Assembly: GCA_009886035.1 (NCBI GenBank)
Contig: VFJN01000084.1
Span: 1-61,011 of the forward strand
Origin: Actinomycetota bacterium
GTDB lineage: Bacteria > Actinomycetota > Acidimicrobiia > Acidimicrobiales > VFJN01
DNA: 61,011 bases
Direction of reading: 5' to 3'
The notes beneath the pieces were generated by a model that saw only the letters and a program-made list of their open reading frames with translations, searched no databases and had not been told where the DNA came from. The position numbers were made by a program, and so were the translations under genes. Below are positions 8,345-18,349 of the stretch, one piece after another; position 1 is the first letter of the stretch; the number at the start of each line of letters is the position of its first letter.

Positions 8345-8920
8345 GTGGACACCCTGTGGTCGATCGACGAATGGCCCAAGAGCGAAGAAATCAGTCCCTC
8401 GCCACACGCCGAGCCCGGTTCACCCCCGGTGGCGTCATTGGAGGTGGAAATCATCCGCTCGGCCAAGCGCCGCAAGTCCGTGTCGGCGCGCATCGTGGAC
8501 GGACGGATCGTCGTGCGTATGCCCCAGTGGATGACAAAAGCCCAAGAGGTGGAGTACGTCGCCTGGATGCGCGAGAAACTCGATCGCCAGCACACCAGTA
8601 CCGCGATCGACCTCACTGAACGAGCCGACCAACTCGCCCGCCGCTATCGCCTACCGGCACCCACCTCGATCCGATGGGTCACCAACCAGCACAGCCGATG
8701 GGGATCGTGCTCACCCACCGCCGGCGAGATCCGGATCACCGACCGAATCGCCACCTTTCCCGACTGGGTGGTTGATGCGGTCATCGTGCATGAACTCGCC
8801 CACCTCGTCGAAGCCAATCACAGCCCCCGCTTTCACCAACTCGCCAACCGCCACCCCAAACAGGAGCGTGCCCACGGCTACCTGCTCGCCATGCAGAGCC
8901 AGCACGAGGACCTTCGCTAA
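8345..8920 (+). CDS. YgjP-like (DUF45/M48) metallopeptidase
   Basis: RSAKRRKSV, RWGSC, HELAH..E.NH. Confidence 0.85.
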   Translation: MDTLWSIDEWPKSEEISPSPHAEPGSPPVASLEVEIIRSAKRRKSVSARIVDGRIVVRMPQWMTKAQEVEYVAWMREKLDRQHTSTAIDLTERADQLARRYRLPAPTSIRWVTNQHSRWGSCSPTAGEIRITDRIATFPDWVVDAVIVHELAHLVEANHSPRFHQLANRHPKQERAHGYLLAMQSQHEDLR

Positions 8921-8990
8921 GCCGGAGACCAACCGGGAACGGCCGCCGAAGCCACGCGCATCCCCGCTCGTTTCGACGGCCATGAAAACC

Positions 8991-9066
8991 TGGTGGGGGT
9001 GGAGAGGATCGAACTCTCGCGCTTCGGATTAAAAGTCCGCTGCTCTGCCGGCTGAGCTACACCCCC
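8991..9066 (-). tRNA. tRNA-Lys(UUU), CCA encoded
   Basis: Cloverleaf: acceptor GGGGGTG/CACCCCC, loop CTTTTAA, T-arm GAGAG-TTCGATC-CTCTC. Confidence 0.95.
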
Positions 9067-9089
9067 GCAATGGCCAGTATCATCCGTCG

Positions 9090-10013
9090 TCAGGCCGGGC
9101 GGTCGCCAATGACCGTGGCGCGCTCCATCACCCGACGGGCTGGCCAGTAGTCACTGCAGGCGTAATGCTGCACGGCGCGGTTGTCCCAGAAGGCCACCGA
9201 ACCGGGGCTCCACTGAAAGCGGCACTGGTACTCCACTACCTCGGCCTGGCGGCAAAGCCGGTCGATGAGAGCCTGGCTCTCATCGTCGGGAAGACCGATG
9301 ATCCGCAGGCCGAAGAACCGGTTGAGATAGAGCAACCGCCGACCCGTTTCGGGATGAGTGCGCACCACCGGATGCTCCACCGGCGGGTAGCGCTGGCGCA
9401 TTTCCGCTTGCTTCTCCGGCGGCAACGACCGGCCAAAGACCTGCGTGAAGTCGTGCTCGGCCTGTAGCGGATCGATGAGGGCCCGCGTGTCGGCATCGAG
9501 CCCGTCGTACACAGCGCCCATATCGGCAAAGAGCGTGTCGCCCCCGCTCGGTGGCACCTCGATGGCGCGCAGAATCGATCCCATCGATGGCTCGGCCCGC
9601 CAGGACACATCACTGTGCCAACCGTTCTCATAGCCACCGACCTCGGGCGACTTCTCGAACCGCACCAACTCCCGGAGCGACGAATTGCTCTTCAAGAATG
9701 GGTGCACTTCGAGATCACCGAACCGCCTGGCGAAGGCCACGTGCTGTTCGGCGGTGAGGTGCTGATCGCGAAAAAACACGACCTTGTAATCAAGTAACGC
9801 CTGGCGCACTTCGGCCACTACCGGAGCGGGCAGATCCTGGGCTAGATCCACACCAGTGAGCGTGGCTCCGATGGTGGCGCCGTGGGGAGCTGCGTCGAAG
9901 TGCTCCCAACTCAGACCCTCTAGTCGCTGGCGCTCCGCCTGGAGATGAGCCACCGGACCCGCCTTAATGTTGTAGCGACCAATACGGATGCGCGGCGGGG
10001 CCAACTCTGACAT
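9090..10013 (-). CDS. TauD/TfdA Fe(II)/2-oxoglutarate dioxygenase
   Basis: WHSD, GGDTLF, HPVVRTHPETGR, WDNRAVQH. Confidence 0.92.
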   Translation of the reverse strand: MSELAPPRIRIGRYNIKAGPVAHLQAERQRLEGLSWEHFDAAPHGATIGATLTGVDLAQDLPAPVVAEVRQALLDYKVVFFRDQHLTAEQHVAFARRFGDLEVHPFLKSNSSLRELVRFEKSPEVGGYENGWHSDVSWRAEPSMGSILRAIEVPPSGGDTLFADMGAVYDGLDADTRALIDPLQAEHDFTQVFGRSLPPEKQAEMRQRYPPVEHPVVRTHPETGRRLLYLNRFFGLRIIGLPDDESQALIDRLCRQAEVVEYQCRFQWSPGSVAFWDNRAVQHYACSDYWPARRVMERATVIGDRPA

Positions 10014-10059
10014 TCCCCCACCTTACAAATCGCCGCTCCGCCTTCGGGTAGAGGCGCCC

Positions 10060-11139
10060 TTAGCGGCCCGGGTTGGGTGCTCGGCCCGCAAATCGGTCAG
10101 CCGGGCGCACGGCGGCGTAGGCCCGGACCACCGGTTCGAGTTCGGCCGGGGTGGACCCATGAAGAATCACCCCGTCGGCCCCCGCCGCAAACTGATCGAG
10201 CACCCTCGACGCGCAGTGCTCGGCCGAACCCACCGCGGCCGGGAGCCACTCCGGGGGGATGAGTGTCTGGATGTGATCGAGTTGATCGAGAGTGGCGACG
10301 GCATCGATGGCACCCGGGACCGACCGCACTACCTCGTCGTCCCGAAAACGCGCGAGCGGCGCCGGGTCCCACCCGTTCATGGCGACGAGCGCATCGCCGT
10401 AGGCCTGGAAGTAGGTGGCCATCCGCCCGGTCATGCCGCGCTGGAGACGCTCGTGGTCCGGCTCGTGAAGGGTGGCCAGAATCGCCCATACCTTCACCGC
10501 CGCCGGATCCCGCCCCGCTTCCTCCGCGCCCCGACGCACCTCGGCCACGCAGCGCGCCAGGGCCTCATCGGTGACGAAGGTGTGGAGAATCACCCCATCG
10601 AACACGCGACCCGCCCACCGCATGGTCTTGAACCCGAGGCACGCCGCCAGCACCGGGATGTCTTCGTTGAATCCCGAGCCCAGCGACAACAGCGGGTACT
10701 TCCCCGCCGGCCCGTCGTGACCAAAGATCGCCTCGCCCTTCCACAACCGTCGGTAGAGACCAACGTGGTCCTCCATCTGGGCCATCGTTATCTTCGGGAT
10801 GCCCATGATGTCTAGTAGCGGCCCGATGCCCCGTCCGATCCCCAGGGCGAAACGGCCCCGACTCAGCCGGTGCATCGTGGTGGAAAAGGCGGCGGTCACG
10901 AGGGGGTGGCGCGTGGGGGTGTTGGTCACCCCGGTGGCGATACCAACCTCGTCGCTCACCGCCGCGGCCGCTCCGCACAGCGTCGCCGCCTCCTTCACGT
11001 TGAAGCGTTCCGAGATGAACACCGAACCAATACCGATCCGTTCGGCATCGCGCACCTCATCGAGGAGCACCCTCGGATCATCGGCGTGTCCGGCCAGGCC
11101 GTAGCAGCCCAACTCCACCATTCGCTCGGGATTCACCAT
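10060..11139 (-). CDS. LLM-class F420-dependent oxidoreductase (TIGR03857-like)
   Basis: ISERFNVKEA, TRHPLVTA, GRFALGIGRG, ILHGSTP. Confidence 0.85.
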   Translation of the reverse strand: MVNPERMVELGCYGLAGHADDPRVLLDEVRDAERIGIGSVFISERFNVKEAATLCGAAAAVSDEVGIATGVTNTPTRHPLVTAAFSTTMHRLSRGRFALGIGRGIGPLLDIMGIPKITMAQMEDHVGLYRRLWKGEAIFGHDGPAGKYPLLSLGSGFNEDIPVLAACLGFKTMRWAGRVFDGVILHTFVTDEALARCVAEVRRGAEEAGRDPAAVKVWAILATLHEPDHERLQRGMTGRMATYFQAYGDALVAMNGWDPAPLARFRDDEVVRSVPGAIDAVATLDQLDHIQTLIPPEWLPAAVGSAEHCASRVLDQFAAGADGVILHGSTPAELEPVVRAYAAVRPADRFAGRAPNPGR

Positions 11140-11179
11140 CCTGGGGGTCTAGTCGAAGTAGCCGCACTAGGTTCCAGCC

Positions 11180-12385
11180 GTGCCCGGCGATCATGAACCC
11201 CTCACCGACGCCCTCCTCGATCCGGCTACCTACGCCGGCGACCTCCACGCCACCCTCCAGCGATTGCGCCGCCAATGTCCTCTGGCCTGGAATGCCACCT
11301 CGGGGTTCTGGGCCGTCACGCGCCACGCCGACGTATCAGAAGCGTCCAGCGACCCGAGCCGATTCTGCTCGGGCAAAGGGATCCTGGTGGAGGAGATCGG
11401 CGTCTCCTACGACAGTCCGCCCACCATGATGCATGCCGACCCCCCCGAGCACACCCGGTACCGGAAGTTGGCTCGGCCAGGCTTCACCAACACCGTGGTG
11501 CGTTCACTCGAGGGCCTCGTGCGGGACCGCACCGGCCGTCTACTGAACGAGTTGGCCATTAAGGCCGCCGAGGGAGCGGTGGTGGACGTGACCGCCGAGC
11601 TGGCCGTGCCGCTTCCGATCCAACTCATCGCCGCCCTACTCGGACTCCCCCCCGGCGACGAAGACCGGCTCTTTCGGTGGTCCGAGGCCGTCATCCCTGG
11701 CGCCACCGACTGGTCCGACGACGAGCGCATGGCGCTTCTCGGCGAGATGACCGTGGAGTTGCTCGCACTGGCCTCGCAACGCCGGGCGACCCCCCAAGAC
11801 GACGTCGTATCCATGCTGGCTCGCTACTCCGAAGACGGCGAGGAACTCAGCGACAGCGAGCTGGGCATGTTTCTCATCCAGTTGCTGGTGGCAGGTAACG
11901 AAACCACCCGCAACTCCATCTCGGGGGCACTGGTGGCCCTGGCCGACTACCCCGAACAACTCGACCGGCTCCGGGCCGACCCAGCCCTGCGGCCCAGCGC
12001 AGTGGAGGAGGTGCTGCGCTGGACCACGCCGGTTACCTCCTTCCTGCGCACCGCAGTAACCAGCACCGTCCTCGGTGGAGTTGAGATCACCGCCGGCGAT
12101 CCCCTCCTGTTGATCTACGCCTCGGCCAACCGCGACGAGGCTGAGTTTGGCCCCACCGCCGGTGCCTTCGATGTGGGCCGGTCGCCCAATCACCACGTGG
12201 CATTGGGCCACGGCCCCCACTTCTGTCTCGGCGCCGCCTTGGCCCGCCTGGAACTCTCCGTCGTCCTCGAGGGGGTTGTGCAACGCTGGCAGCGCCTCAC
12301 CGTTGCGGGTCCGGTGCGGCGCAGTGGTTCGTCGATCATCTCCGGGATCAAGGCCGCCCCCCTGGTGATGGAGCCGCGACAATGA
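11180..12385 (+). CDS. Cytochrome P450
   Basis: AGNETT, EEVLR, GHGPHFCLGA heme ligand. Confidence 0.95.
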   Translation: MPGDHEPLTDALLDPATYAGDLHATLQRLRRQCPLAWNATSGFWAVTRHADVSEASSDPSRFCSGKGILVEEIGVSYDSPPTMMHADPPEHTRYRKLARPGFTNTVVRSLEGLVRDRTGRLLNELAIKAAEGAVVDVTAELAVPLPIQLIAALLGLPPGDEDRLFRWSEAVIPGATDWSDDERMALLGEMTVELLALASQRRATPQDDVVSMLARYSEDGEELSDSELGMFLIQLLVAGNETTRNSISGALVALADYPEQLDRLRADPALRPSAVEEVLRWTTPVTSFLRTAVTSTVLGGVEITAGDPLLLIYASANRDEAEFGPTAGAFDVGRSPNHHVALGHGPHFCLGAALARLELSVVLEGVVQRWQRLTVAGPVRRSGSSIISGIKAAPLVMEPRQ

Positions 12386-13173
12386 CCGGCGAGCGCGACC
12401 TCCAGGGCCATTGCGCCGTCGTAACCGGCGGCGGTTCGGGAATCGGGGCCGCCACGGTCCGCTGCCTTGCTCAACGAGGGGCGGCGGTGGCCGTCCTTGA
12501 CCGCGTCATGGCCAGCGCCCGCGCCGTGGCCGAGGAGGTGGGCGGCCTCGCGTTGGAGGTGGACGTTGCTGATCCGGATGCCACCACCGCCGCCGTGGGG
12601 GCGGCCGCGGAAGCGATGGGCGGCCTCACCGACGTGGTGGCCAACGCCGGGTTCGGGCTGAACAAGCCGTTGCACCTCTACTCCGACAAGGAATGGCGAC
12701 TGGTGGTGGGCGTGAATCTCGACGGCACCTTCCACACCATGCGCGCCGCCATTCCCCTGCTGCTCAACGGCGGCGGCGGCAGCATCGTCACCGTGGCCAG
12801 CCTGAATGCCAGCCGTCCTCTGCCGGGGGAGGCGCCCTACAGCGCCGCCAAAGCCGCCGTGGTGAACCTCACCGCCACCGCCGCAATGGAGTACGCCCCC
12901 ACTATCCGTGTGAACTGTGTGTCACCCGGGATGATCGCCACCAACCTCACCACCGTGATCACCAACGACCCCCACTTCACCGCCATCGCCGAGCAGGGCA
13001 CCCCGTTGGGGCGCATCGGGTCGGCGCCCGAGGTGGCCGAGGTCATCGCCTTCCTCTGCTCGCCGGCCGCCGCCTACCTCACCGGCCAAAACCTGATTGT
13101 CGACGGCGGCGCTGGCCTCCCGAACCTCCAGGCCGACACCATCGTCCGGGCCGTGCGGGAGCGATATTCGTGA
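12382..13173 (+). CDS. SDR family oxidoreductase
   Basis: TGGGSGIG, NAG, YSAAK; ATGA coupling to the P450. Confidence 0.93.
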   Translation: MTGERDLQGHCAVVTGGGSGIGAATVRCLAQRGAAVAVLDRVMASARAVAEEVGGLALEVDVADPDATTAAVGAAAEAMGGLTDVVANAGFGLNKPLHLYSDKEWRLVVGVNLDGTFHTMRAAIPLLLNGGGGSIVTVASLNASRPLPGEAPYSAAKAAVVNLTATAAMEYAPTIRVNCVSPGMIATNLTTVITNDPHFTAIAEQGTPLGRIGSAPEVAEVIAFLCSPAAAYLTGQNLIVDGGAGLPNLQADTIVRAVRERYS

Positions 13174-13407
13174 CTTCACTCCCCTACCGGTGGTGAGGAA
13201 GGAGGTGGACAACTCAACGTTGTCGGCCTCGGAACTTCGGTGGCCATCGCGACGCATCCCCGCCCTGCGCGGAGTGGATTGCCGCCAAGGCGGCCCCGAC
13301 TGTTTGATCTCGGTGGCAACCTACGGCCGTAAAGATTTGTTCTGGCCGACACCCCCATTCCCGCCCCTACCGCTACCGCTGGTCGTTTTAACCCGCTGAC
13401 AAAAGGC

Positions 13408-15036
13408 GTGAGTCGCCCAAGCAGCGTAAGGTCAAAGGGCGTGCAAACCAAGGTTGAAGTGGCGATGAAAGCCCTCCGCGGGCTCATAGAACTCTCCTCC
13501 AACGCGGTCGAGGAAGACTTAGCCGATTCCCTCCAAATAATCGTGGGTGACCTCGCCGCGGTCCTCGGTTGCATGGCCGTGGCGATCAACCTCGTGCGCC
13601 CCGCCTGGAACGACTTCGAGGTCGTGGCCATCCACGGTCCCCCCGAGGTCGTTGCGAAATTAGCCGGCATCACGTTTTCGCAAGAGGCCCTGAGTGGCCA
13701 TTTCGCACCCAAATTCGATGTTGGTCACGCTTTCTTTATCCCCAGCGGCTCCTTTCCCGACCCTCATGATCAGGAAAGCACCGCCGTCATTGTGCGTGAT
13801 CGTTCGCCTGAGAAACCTGGCGCATGGCAGGCCGACGACCAGTTCTTCGTGCCGATGCGCGATGACCACGACACGGTGGTGGGGTTTGTCTCGATCGATG
13901 AGCCGCTGTCCGGCCTCCGACCCAGTGCTGAGGAAATCGCCCTGATGGTCGCGGTGGTGGATGCACTTTCAGTCGGCATACGAAGCGCCCTCCGAGTGGT
14001 GGAAGCCCGCCAGAACACCAAAGCCCTCGAGGTGCTGTTCCGGTTGTCCACTCACTTCGGCACGGCGGAATCCACCGATCAACTCCTCACGACGTGCTCC
14101 GAGAGCATCCGTCGAGCGCTGGGCTTTGATCGCGTGGTCATCCAACTATGCGAGCCCGGTTCCACCAGCATCACGTCTCGTGCGTCGGCGGGATGGAACG
14201 GCGACCCGCCCGTCACGGGTGTACCCACCCTGACCGAGGCCAAGCGACTCTGTATCCCCAGGTTCGAAATCGAAGGGTGCTACCTCCTCCCGGTCGACGA
14301 CGCGCTGACCATCATGGGGAGCGATTCCCGCCGATTCACCTCGGTCCGCAATGGCTCCGGTCCGCTGGCGTGGGATCACCACTGGCTCCTGATCCCCCTC
14401 ACCGACGACACCGGCTCAATGGTGGGTTGGGTGTGGCCCGACGACCCCATCGACCACCTCATTCCGAGCCGAGCCAAACTTCGCATCCTGCGCACTTTCT
14501 CCAACCAGGCCCTCGTGGCGATCACCGGAGCCAACCGCCTGAACGAACTTCGCACCATCGCCAGCCGCGATGACCTCACCGGCGCCCTCAACCGGCGCGC
14601 CTTTTCCGAGCGTCTCAATCAGGAACTGATGCTCACCCGTGGATCGAATGAGCAGATCACGCTGGTGCTGTACGACCTCGACCAGTTCAAGACGCTCAAC
14701 GACACCCACGGCCACCCCGCCGGCGACGACGCCCTACGCGGCTTCACCAGGATCCTGACGCAAAATTTGCGAACGTCCGATGCCGTAGGACGCCTCGGTG
14801 GCGACGAATTCGCTATCTTCCTGGTGGGGTCCGACCACACCAGCACCAAGCAGGTCGTCGAGCGCGTCGCCGGGATGCTCGCCAATGACCCGACCGCCCG
14901 GTCACTCCTCGGAGCGAGTTACGGAACCGCCCAAAGCCCCGCTGATGGAACCACTTCTGATGAACTCATCTCGGTGGCCGATGCCCGCCTCTACGAACAA
15001 AAGCGTTTCCACCAAAACACCAAGAGCGACGAATAG
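13408..15036 (+). CDS. GAF-GAF-GGDEF diguanylate cyclase (start could be ATG 13465)
   Basis: DDLTGALNRR, DLDQFK..ND..GH, RTSD I-site, RLGGDEF. Confidence 0.88.
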   Translation: MSRPSSVRSKGVQTKVEVAMKALRGLIELSSNAVEEDLADSLQIIVGDLAAVLGCMAVAINLVRPAWNDFEVVAIHGPPEVVAKLAGITFSQEALSGHFAPKFDVGHAFFIPSGSFPDPHDQESTAVIVRDRSPEKPGAWQADDQFFVPMRDDHDTVVGFVSIDEPLSGLRPSAEEIALMVAVVDALSVGIRSALRVVEARQNTKALEVLFRLSTHFGTAESTDQLLTTCSESIRRALGFDRVVIQLCEPGSTSITSRASAGWNGDPPVTGVPTLTEAKRLCIPRFEIEGCYLLPVDDALTIMGSDSRRFTSVRNGSGPLAWDHHWLLIPLTDDTGSMVGWVWPDDPIDHLIPSRAKLRILRTFSNQALVAITGANRLNELRTIASRDDLTGALNRRAFSERLNQELMLTRGSNEQITLVLYDLDQFKTLNDTHGHPAGDDALRGFTRILTQNLRTSDAVGRLGGDEFAIFLVGSDHTSTKQVVERVAGMLANDPTARSLLGASYGTAQSPADGTTSDELISVADARLYEQKRFHQNTKSDE

Positions 15037-15044
15037 ACCTGCCG

Positions 15045-15959
15045 TTACGCGGGGGTCAGTTCGGCTGTTTCTTCGCGCCGAGCCGCTAACCGGCGACCAG
15101 CCCTGGCGATGCGACCGATGCGCTTAACCAGCGCCGCCCGCGACTGCTCGGCCTCGGGGCTAAGGCCCTCGATACTCTCCACCGCCCAATGACGAAGCAC
15201 CACCGGTGCCAAAATCTGGTCGTGGTGAATAGAAAAGTCATAGATGCCGGCATTGGCGATCGCTTTGGCGTGCACCTCGAAATCAAGGATCCCCGTACCA
15301 GGCATCTCGAACGTGCGCACCTGACGCTCGATAGCCATCACCGTGCCTGACGGATCGACCGCCAAGGCCTCGGTGACCAGATCTCGGTAAAAGAGATAGT
15401 GCCGATTCTCGTCGCTTGCCACCTTCTTCATGACCTCGTACCCCGCGGGATCGGACAACAACTTGCCCGTGTTGTGGTGCGAGATTCGGGTAGCCAGTTC
15501 TTGAAGGGCGACGTAGACGAAGCCATCCAGCGCCGTTTCTGGCTCCGGCACCTCGCCACAGGAGACCTGCGCCATTCGGGCTCGCTCAAGCTGCACGGGG
15601 TCGATGGAGCGGGTCACCGTGAGGTAGTCGCGGATCACGATGGAGTGACGGCCCTCTTCCGCGGTCCAGCGTCGTGCCCAAGTGCCCCAGGCCGTGTCGG
15701 CTCCGAACATCCGCTCAATGGTGCGGAAATAGTACGGAAGGTTGTCCTCGGTGAGGAGGTTGACGAACAGAGCACTTCGGACCTCGGGGGACAACGAGGC
15801 CTCCTGCGGATCCCATTGATAGTCCGCCTCGAAATCCCTCCCTTGGCCCCACGGCACCAATTCGTGAGGAAACCACTCCTTGTTGGAGGCCAGATGGCGA
15901 TCCAAGAGGCGGGCGGCGGTGGGTTCCAGATCCGTGAGCAGGGCTCCCGACGAGGTCAT
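15045..15959 (-). CDS. Acyl-ACP desaturase (DesA1-like, di-iron)
   Basis: LLTEDNLP, WTAEEGRH, QELATRISH, DENRH. Confidence 0.92.
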   Translation of the reverse strand: MTSSGALLTDLEPTAARLLDRHLASNKEWFPHELVPWGQGRDFEADYQWDPQEASLSPEVRSALFVNLLTEDNLPYYFRTIERMFGADTAWGTWARRWTAEEGRHSIVIRDYLTVTRSIDPVQLERARMAQVSCGEVPEPETALDGFVYVALQELATRISHHNTGKLLSDPAGYEVMKKVASDENRHYLFYRDLVTEALAVDPSGTVMAIERQVRTFEMPGTGILDFEVHAKAIANAGIYDFSIHHDQILAPVVLRHWAVESIEGLSPEAEQSRAALVKRIGRIARAGRRLAARREETAELTPA

Positions 15960-15966
15960 TCCAACA

Positions 15967-15988
15967 CCCTACCTAACGGTCGGTAGGG
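15967..15988. promoter_or_regulatory. Palindromic operator over the desaturase -10
   Basis: CCCTACCTAAC|GGTCGGTAGGG (9/11 symmetric) overlapping TAGGGT-N6-ATG. Confidence 0.5.
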
Positions 15989-16004
15989 AGAAAAGTCATA
16001 GGGT

Positions 16005-16859
16005 TTACCGCTCCCCTGGGCCCATCGACGCCGAGCCGTCCACCGCCTCATCCCCGTATAACGCCCTCGCCCAATGCTCCACGTTGGGGCCACGACGCAG
16101 AGTGTGGCCGCCGTCCACGCTGATGCACTGGCCCGTGATCCAACTCGATTCGGGACCACAGAGAAACCGGATCAACGGCGCGACGTCCTCCACGGTGCCC
16201 GTGCGGCCCATCGGGATGTTGGCGAGATAGTCGGCCAGCACCTCGGGGTCTTGCTCGAGCGGTGCCGCCAACTCGGTGGCTACCATGCTCGGCCGCACGG
16301 CGTTGACCCGCACATTCGCCCGGCCCAACTCATCGGCGCCATTGCGCACCAGAGCCTCCAAACCTGCTTTAGACACGCAATAGGCCGACATGAACGGGTG
16401 GGTGAGCGGACCGGCGATCGAGGACAACCCCACAAAGGCACCGCCCCCCGAGCGGACCATGGCCGCCCCCGCATGTTTCAGTGTGAAAAAGGCGCCGTGG
16501 AGATTGATATCGAGCACGCGGTGCCACTCCTCGGCGGGCATTGCCACCACCGGAGCGACGGTGCCCGTGCCGGCGGAGGCCACACAATGTTGCAGCGCCC
16601 CGGTGATGCTCACCGCCGCCGCTACCGCTCCCGCCACGTCATCTTCCCGGGCCACATCGCACACCACCGAGCGCACCTCCGCCCCCCCCGGAGCGTCGCG
16701 TCGCAACTCGGCCACGGCGGCGTCGAGACGTTCCCGGTTCCGACCCGCCAACGTGACCGAGGCCCCATCGCGCAGTAGATGGCGAGCGGCCGCCAGCCCA
16801 ATACCGCTGCCGCCGCCGGTGATAAGGCCAGCGGTTCCCGCCAGCACTAGCTCTCCCAT
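16005..16859 (-). CDS. SDR family oxidoreductase
   Basis: TGGGSGIG, YCVSK, GGAGG RBS. Confidence 0.92.
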   Translation of the reverse strand: MGELVLAGTAGLITGGGSGIGLAAARHLLRDGASVTLAGRNRERLDAAVAELRRDAPGGAEVRSVVCDVAREDDVAGAVAAAVSITGALQHCVASAGTGTVAPVVAMPAEEWHRVLDINLHGAFFTLKHAGAAMVRSGGGAFVGLSSIAGPLTHPFMSAYCVSKAGLEALVRNGADELGRANVRVNAVRPSMVATELAAPLEQDPEVLADYLANIPMGRTGTVEDVAPLIRFLCGPESSWITGQCISVDGGHTLRRGPNVEHWARALYGDEAVDGSASMGPGER

Positions 16860-16913
16860 GGCCGAACCCTCCATCGTCGATCGAACCACCTAGGGGCGCA
16901 CCTTAGGGTCGGC

Positions 16914-17276
16914 TCAGGCCAATGCCGCCAGAAACCGCGTGGTGGCCTCGGTCGCGGCGGCGGCGAGGAGGTGGGCCGCCCCCGGAAGCCGCACCGTGAA
17001 GGTCACCGGCGGACCTTGGGACAGTGCCCGCAGCTCAACATCGGCCCGCGGCCAGCGACCCACCGAGCTCCCCGATGGGGTAGTGACCACCAACGTGCCA
17101 TCCACCACCGCCAACCGCACGCGATCCGGCCAGGGATCGCCCTCCCCGCGATGGTGGCGTACCACCCCCGGCAGGCGACGGAACCGATTTGCCACCGCGA
17201 CCAAACCGGAATCGTGCACGCGCCACGCCTCGATCCCCGCCGAACCCAACCCGCCCGGCGGATCGGTCGCCGCCAT
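16914..17276 (-). CDS. Hypothetical protein (possibly PH-like fold)
   Basis: GGAGG RBS before ATG 17276; follows dut; beta-rich with a C-terminal helix. Confidence 0.55.
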   Translation of the reverse strand: MAATDPPGGLGSAGIEAWRVHDSGLVAVANRFRRLPGVVRHHRGEGDPWPDRVRLAVVDGTLVVTTPSGSSVGRWPRADVELRALSQGPPVTFTVRLPGAAHLLAAAATEATTRFLAALA

Positions 17277-17293
17277 ACCTCCCGGTTCGCTAG

Positions 17294-17734
17294 TCACACG
17301 CCGGTGGAGCCGAAGCCGCCGCCGCGGCTTACCCCGTCGAGAACGTCGACCGGCTGCCACACCACCATGGCCACCGCCTGGACCACCAGTTGCGCAATGC
17401 GATCACCCCGGTGGATCGGGAACGGCTCGGTGGGATCAAGATTCACCAGCAGCACCTTGATTTCATCCCGATAACCGCTGTCGATGAGGCCCGGAGTATT
17501 GAGACACGTAACTCCGTGCTTCAAGGCCAGGCCGCTCCGGGGCTGCACGAACCCGGCGTACCCCTCGGGTAGGGCCACCGCAATCCCGGTGGGCACCAGC
17601 GCCCGACCGCCGGCGGGCGCGAGGGTGACCTCGGAGCGAGCGAGCAGGTCCAACCCGGCGTCCCCCGGGGTGGCGTACGCGGGGAGCGGGAGTAACGGGT
17701 CGAGCTGAACAACGGGAACAGGCAGGCCTTCCAT
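17294..17734 (-). CDS. dut: dUTPase
   Basis: [35 protein letters not shown]; TAGGTT-N7-ATG. Confidence 0.95.
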   Translation of the reverse strand: MEGLPVPVVQLDPLLPLPAYATPGDAGLDLLARSEVTLAPAGGRALVPTGIAVALPEGYAGFVQPRSGLALKHGVTCLNTPGLIDSGYRDEIKVLLVNLDPTEPFPIHRGDRIAQLVVQAVAMVVWQPVDVLDGVSRGGGFGSTGV

Positions 17735-17779
17735 CCCGCCGAACCTAGGCCCTGTGGCTCCAGTGGGTAGTGTGCCCCC

Positions 17780-18325
17780 GTGCTCGTCTGGATGGATCTG
17801 GAAATGACCGGCCTCGACCCGGCCCACTGCGTCATCGTGGAGATCGCCACCATCGTGACCGACGATCAACTCGAGATCGTGGCCGAAGGCCCAGACCTGG
17901 TGGTCCATCAACCCGCCGACGCGATGGTGGGGATGGAGCAAATCGTGCTGGACATGCACACCTCCAGCGGTCTCCTCACAGAGATTGCCGCCTCCACCAT
18001 CACTCTCGCCGAAGCCGGGGCCGCCACGCTCGACTTCATCAAACAGCACGTGCCACAGCCCCGCACCATCCCGCTGTGTGGCAACTCGATCGGCACCGAT
18101 CGACGTTTTCTGGCCGCCTACCTCCCCGAGATCGAGGAGTACCTCCACTACCGATCGGTGGATGTGTCCACCATCAAAGAACTCACCCGCCGCTGGTACC
18201 CCGGCGCCCTCGAAGCCCTGCCCCGCAAGGCCACCGCCCACCGCGCCCTCGACGACATCCGTGAGTCGATCCACGAGTTGCGGTGGTACCGCCAACACGT
18301 GTTCCTCCCCCCGCCCCCCACCTGA
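17780..18325 (+). CDS. orn: Oligoribonuclease
   Basis: [33 protein letters not shown]. Confidence 0.97.
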   Translation: MLVWMDLEMTGLDPAHCVIVEIATIVTDDQLEIVAEGPDLVVHQPADAMVGMEQIVLDMHTSSGLLTEIAASTITLAEAGAATLDFIKQHVPQPRTIPLCGNSIGTDRRFLAAYLPEIEEYLHYRSVDVSTIKELTRRWYPGALEALPRKATAHRALDDIRESIHELRWYRQHVFLPPPPT

Positions 18326-18349
18326 GCCTGCGCCTGCGCCGAACCATCC

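Noticed and set aside
8991-13173. tRNA-Lys as an integration site for the catabolic genes
   Set aside because: The genes lie on the tRNA's 5' side; I saw no integrase or duplicated 3' end.
13329-13352. WhiG/sigma-28 promoter (TAAA...GCCGAC) upstream of the diguanylate cyclase
   Set aside because: Spacer is 11 nt rather than about 15-16.
13174-13399. Strong SD-like AAGGAGGT and a short ORF after the SDR
   Set aside because: No well-spaced start codon and the peptide looks non-coding.
13436-13490. c-di-GMP-I riboswitch-like words (GCAAACC...AAAGCC)
   Set aside because: No GNRA hairpin/receptor or P1 pairing; it overlaps the coding start.
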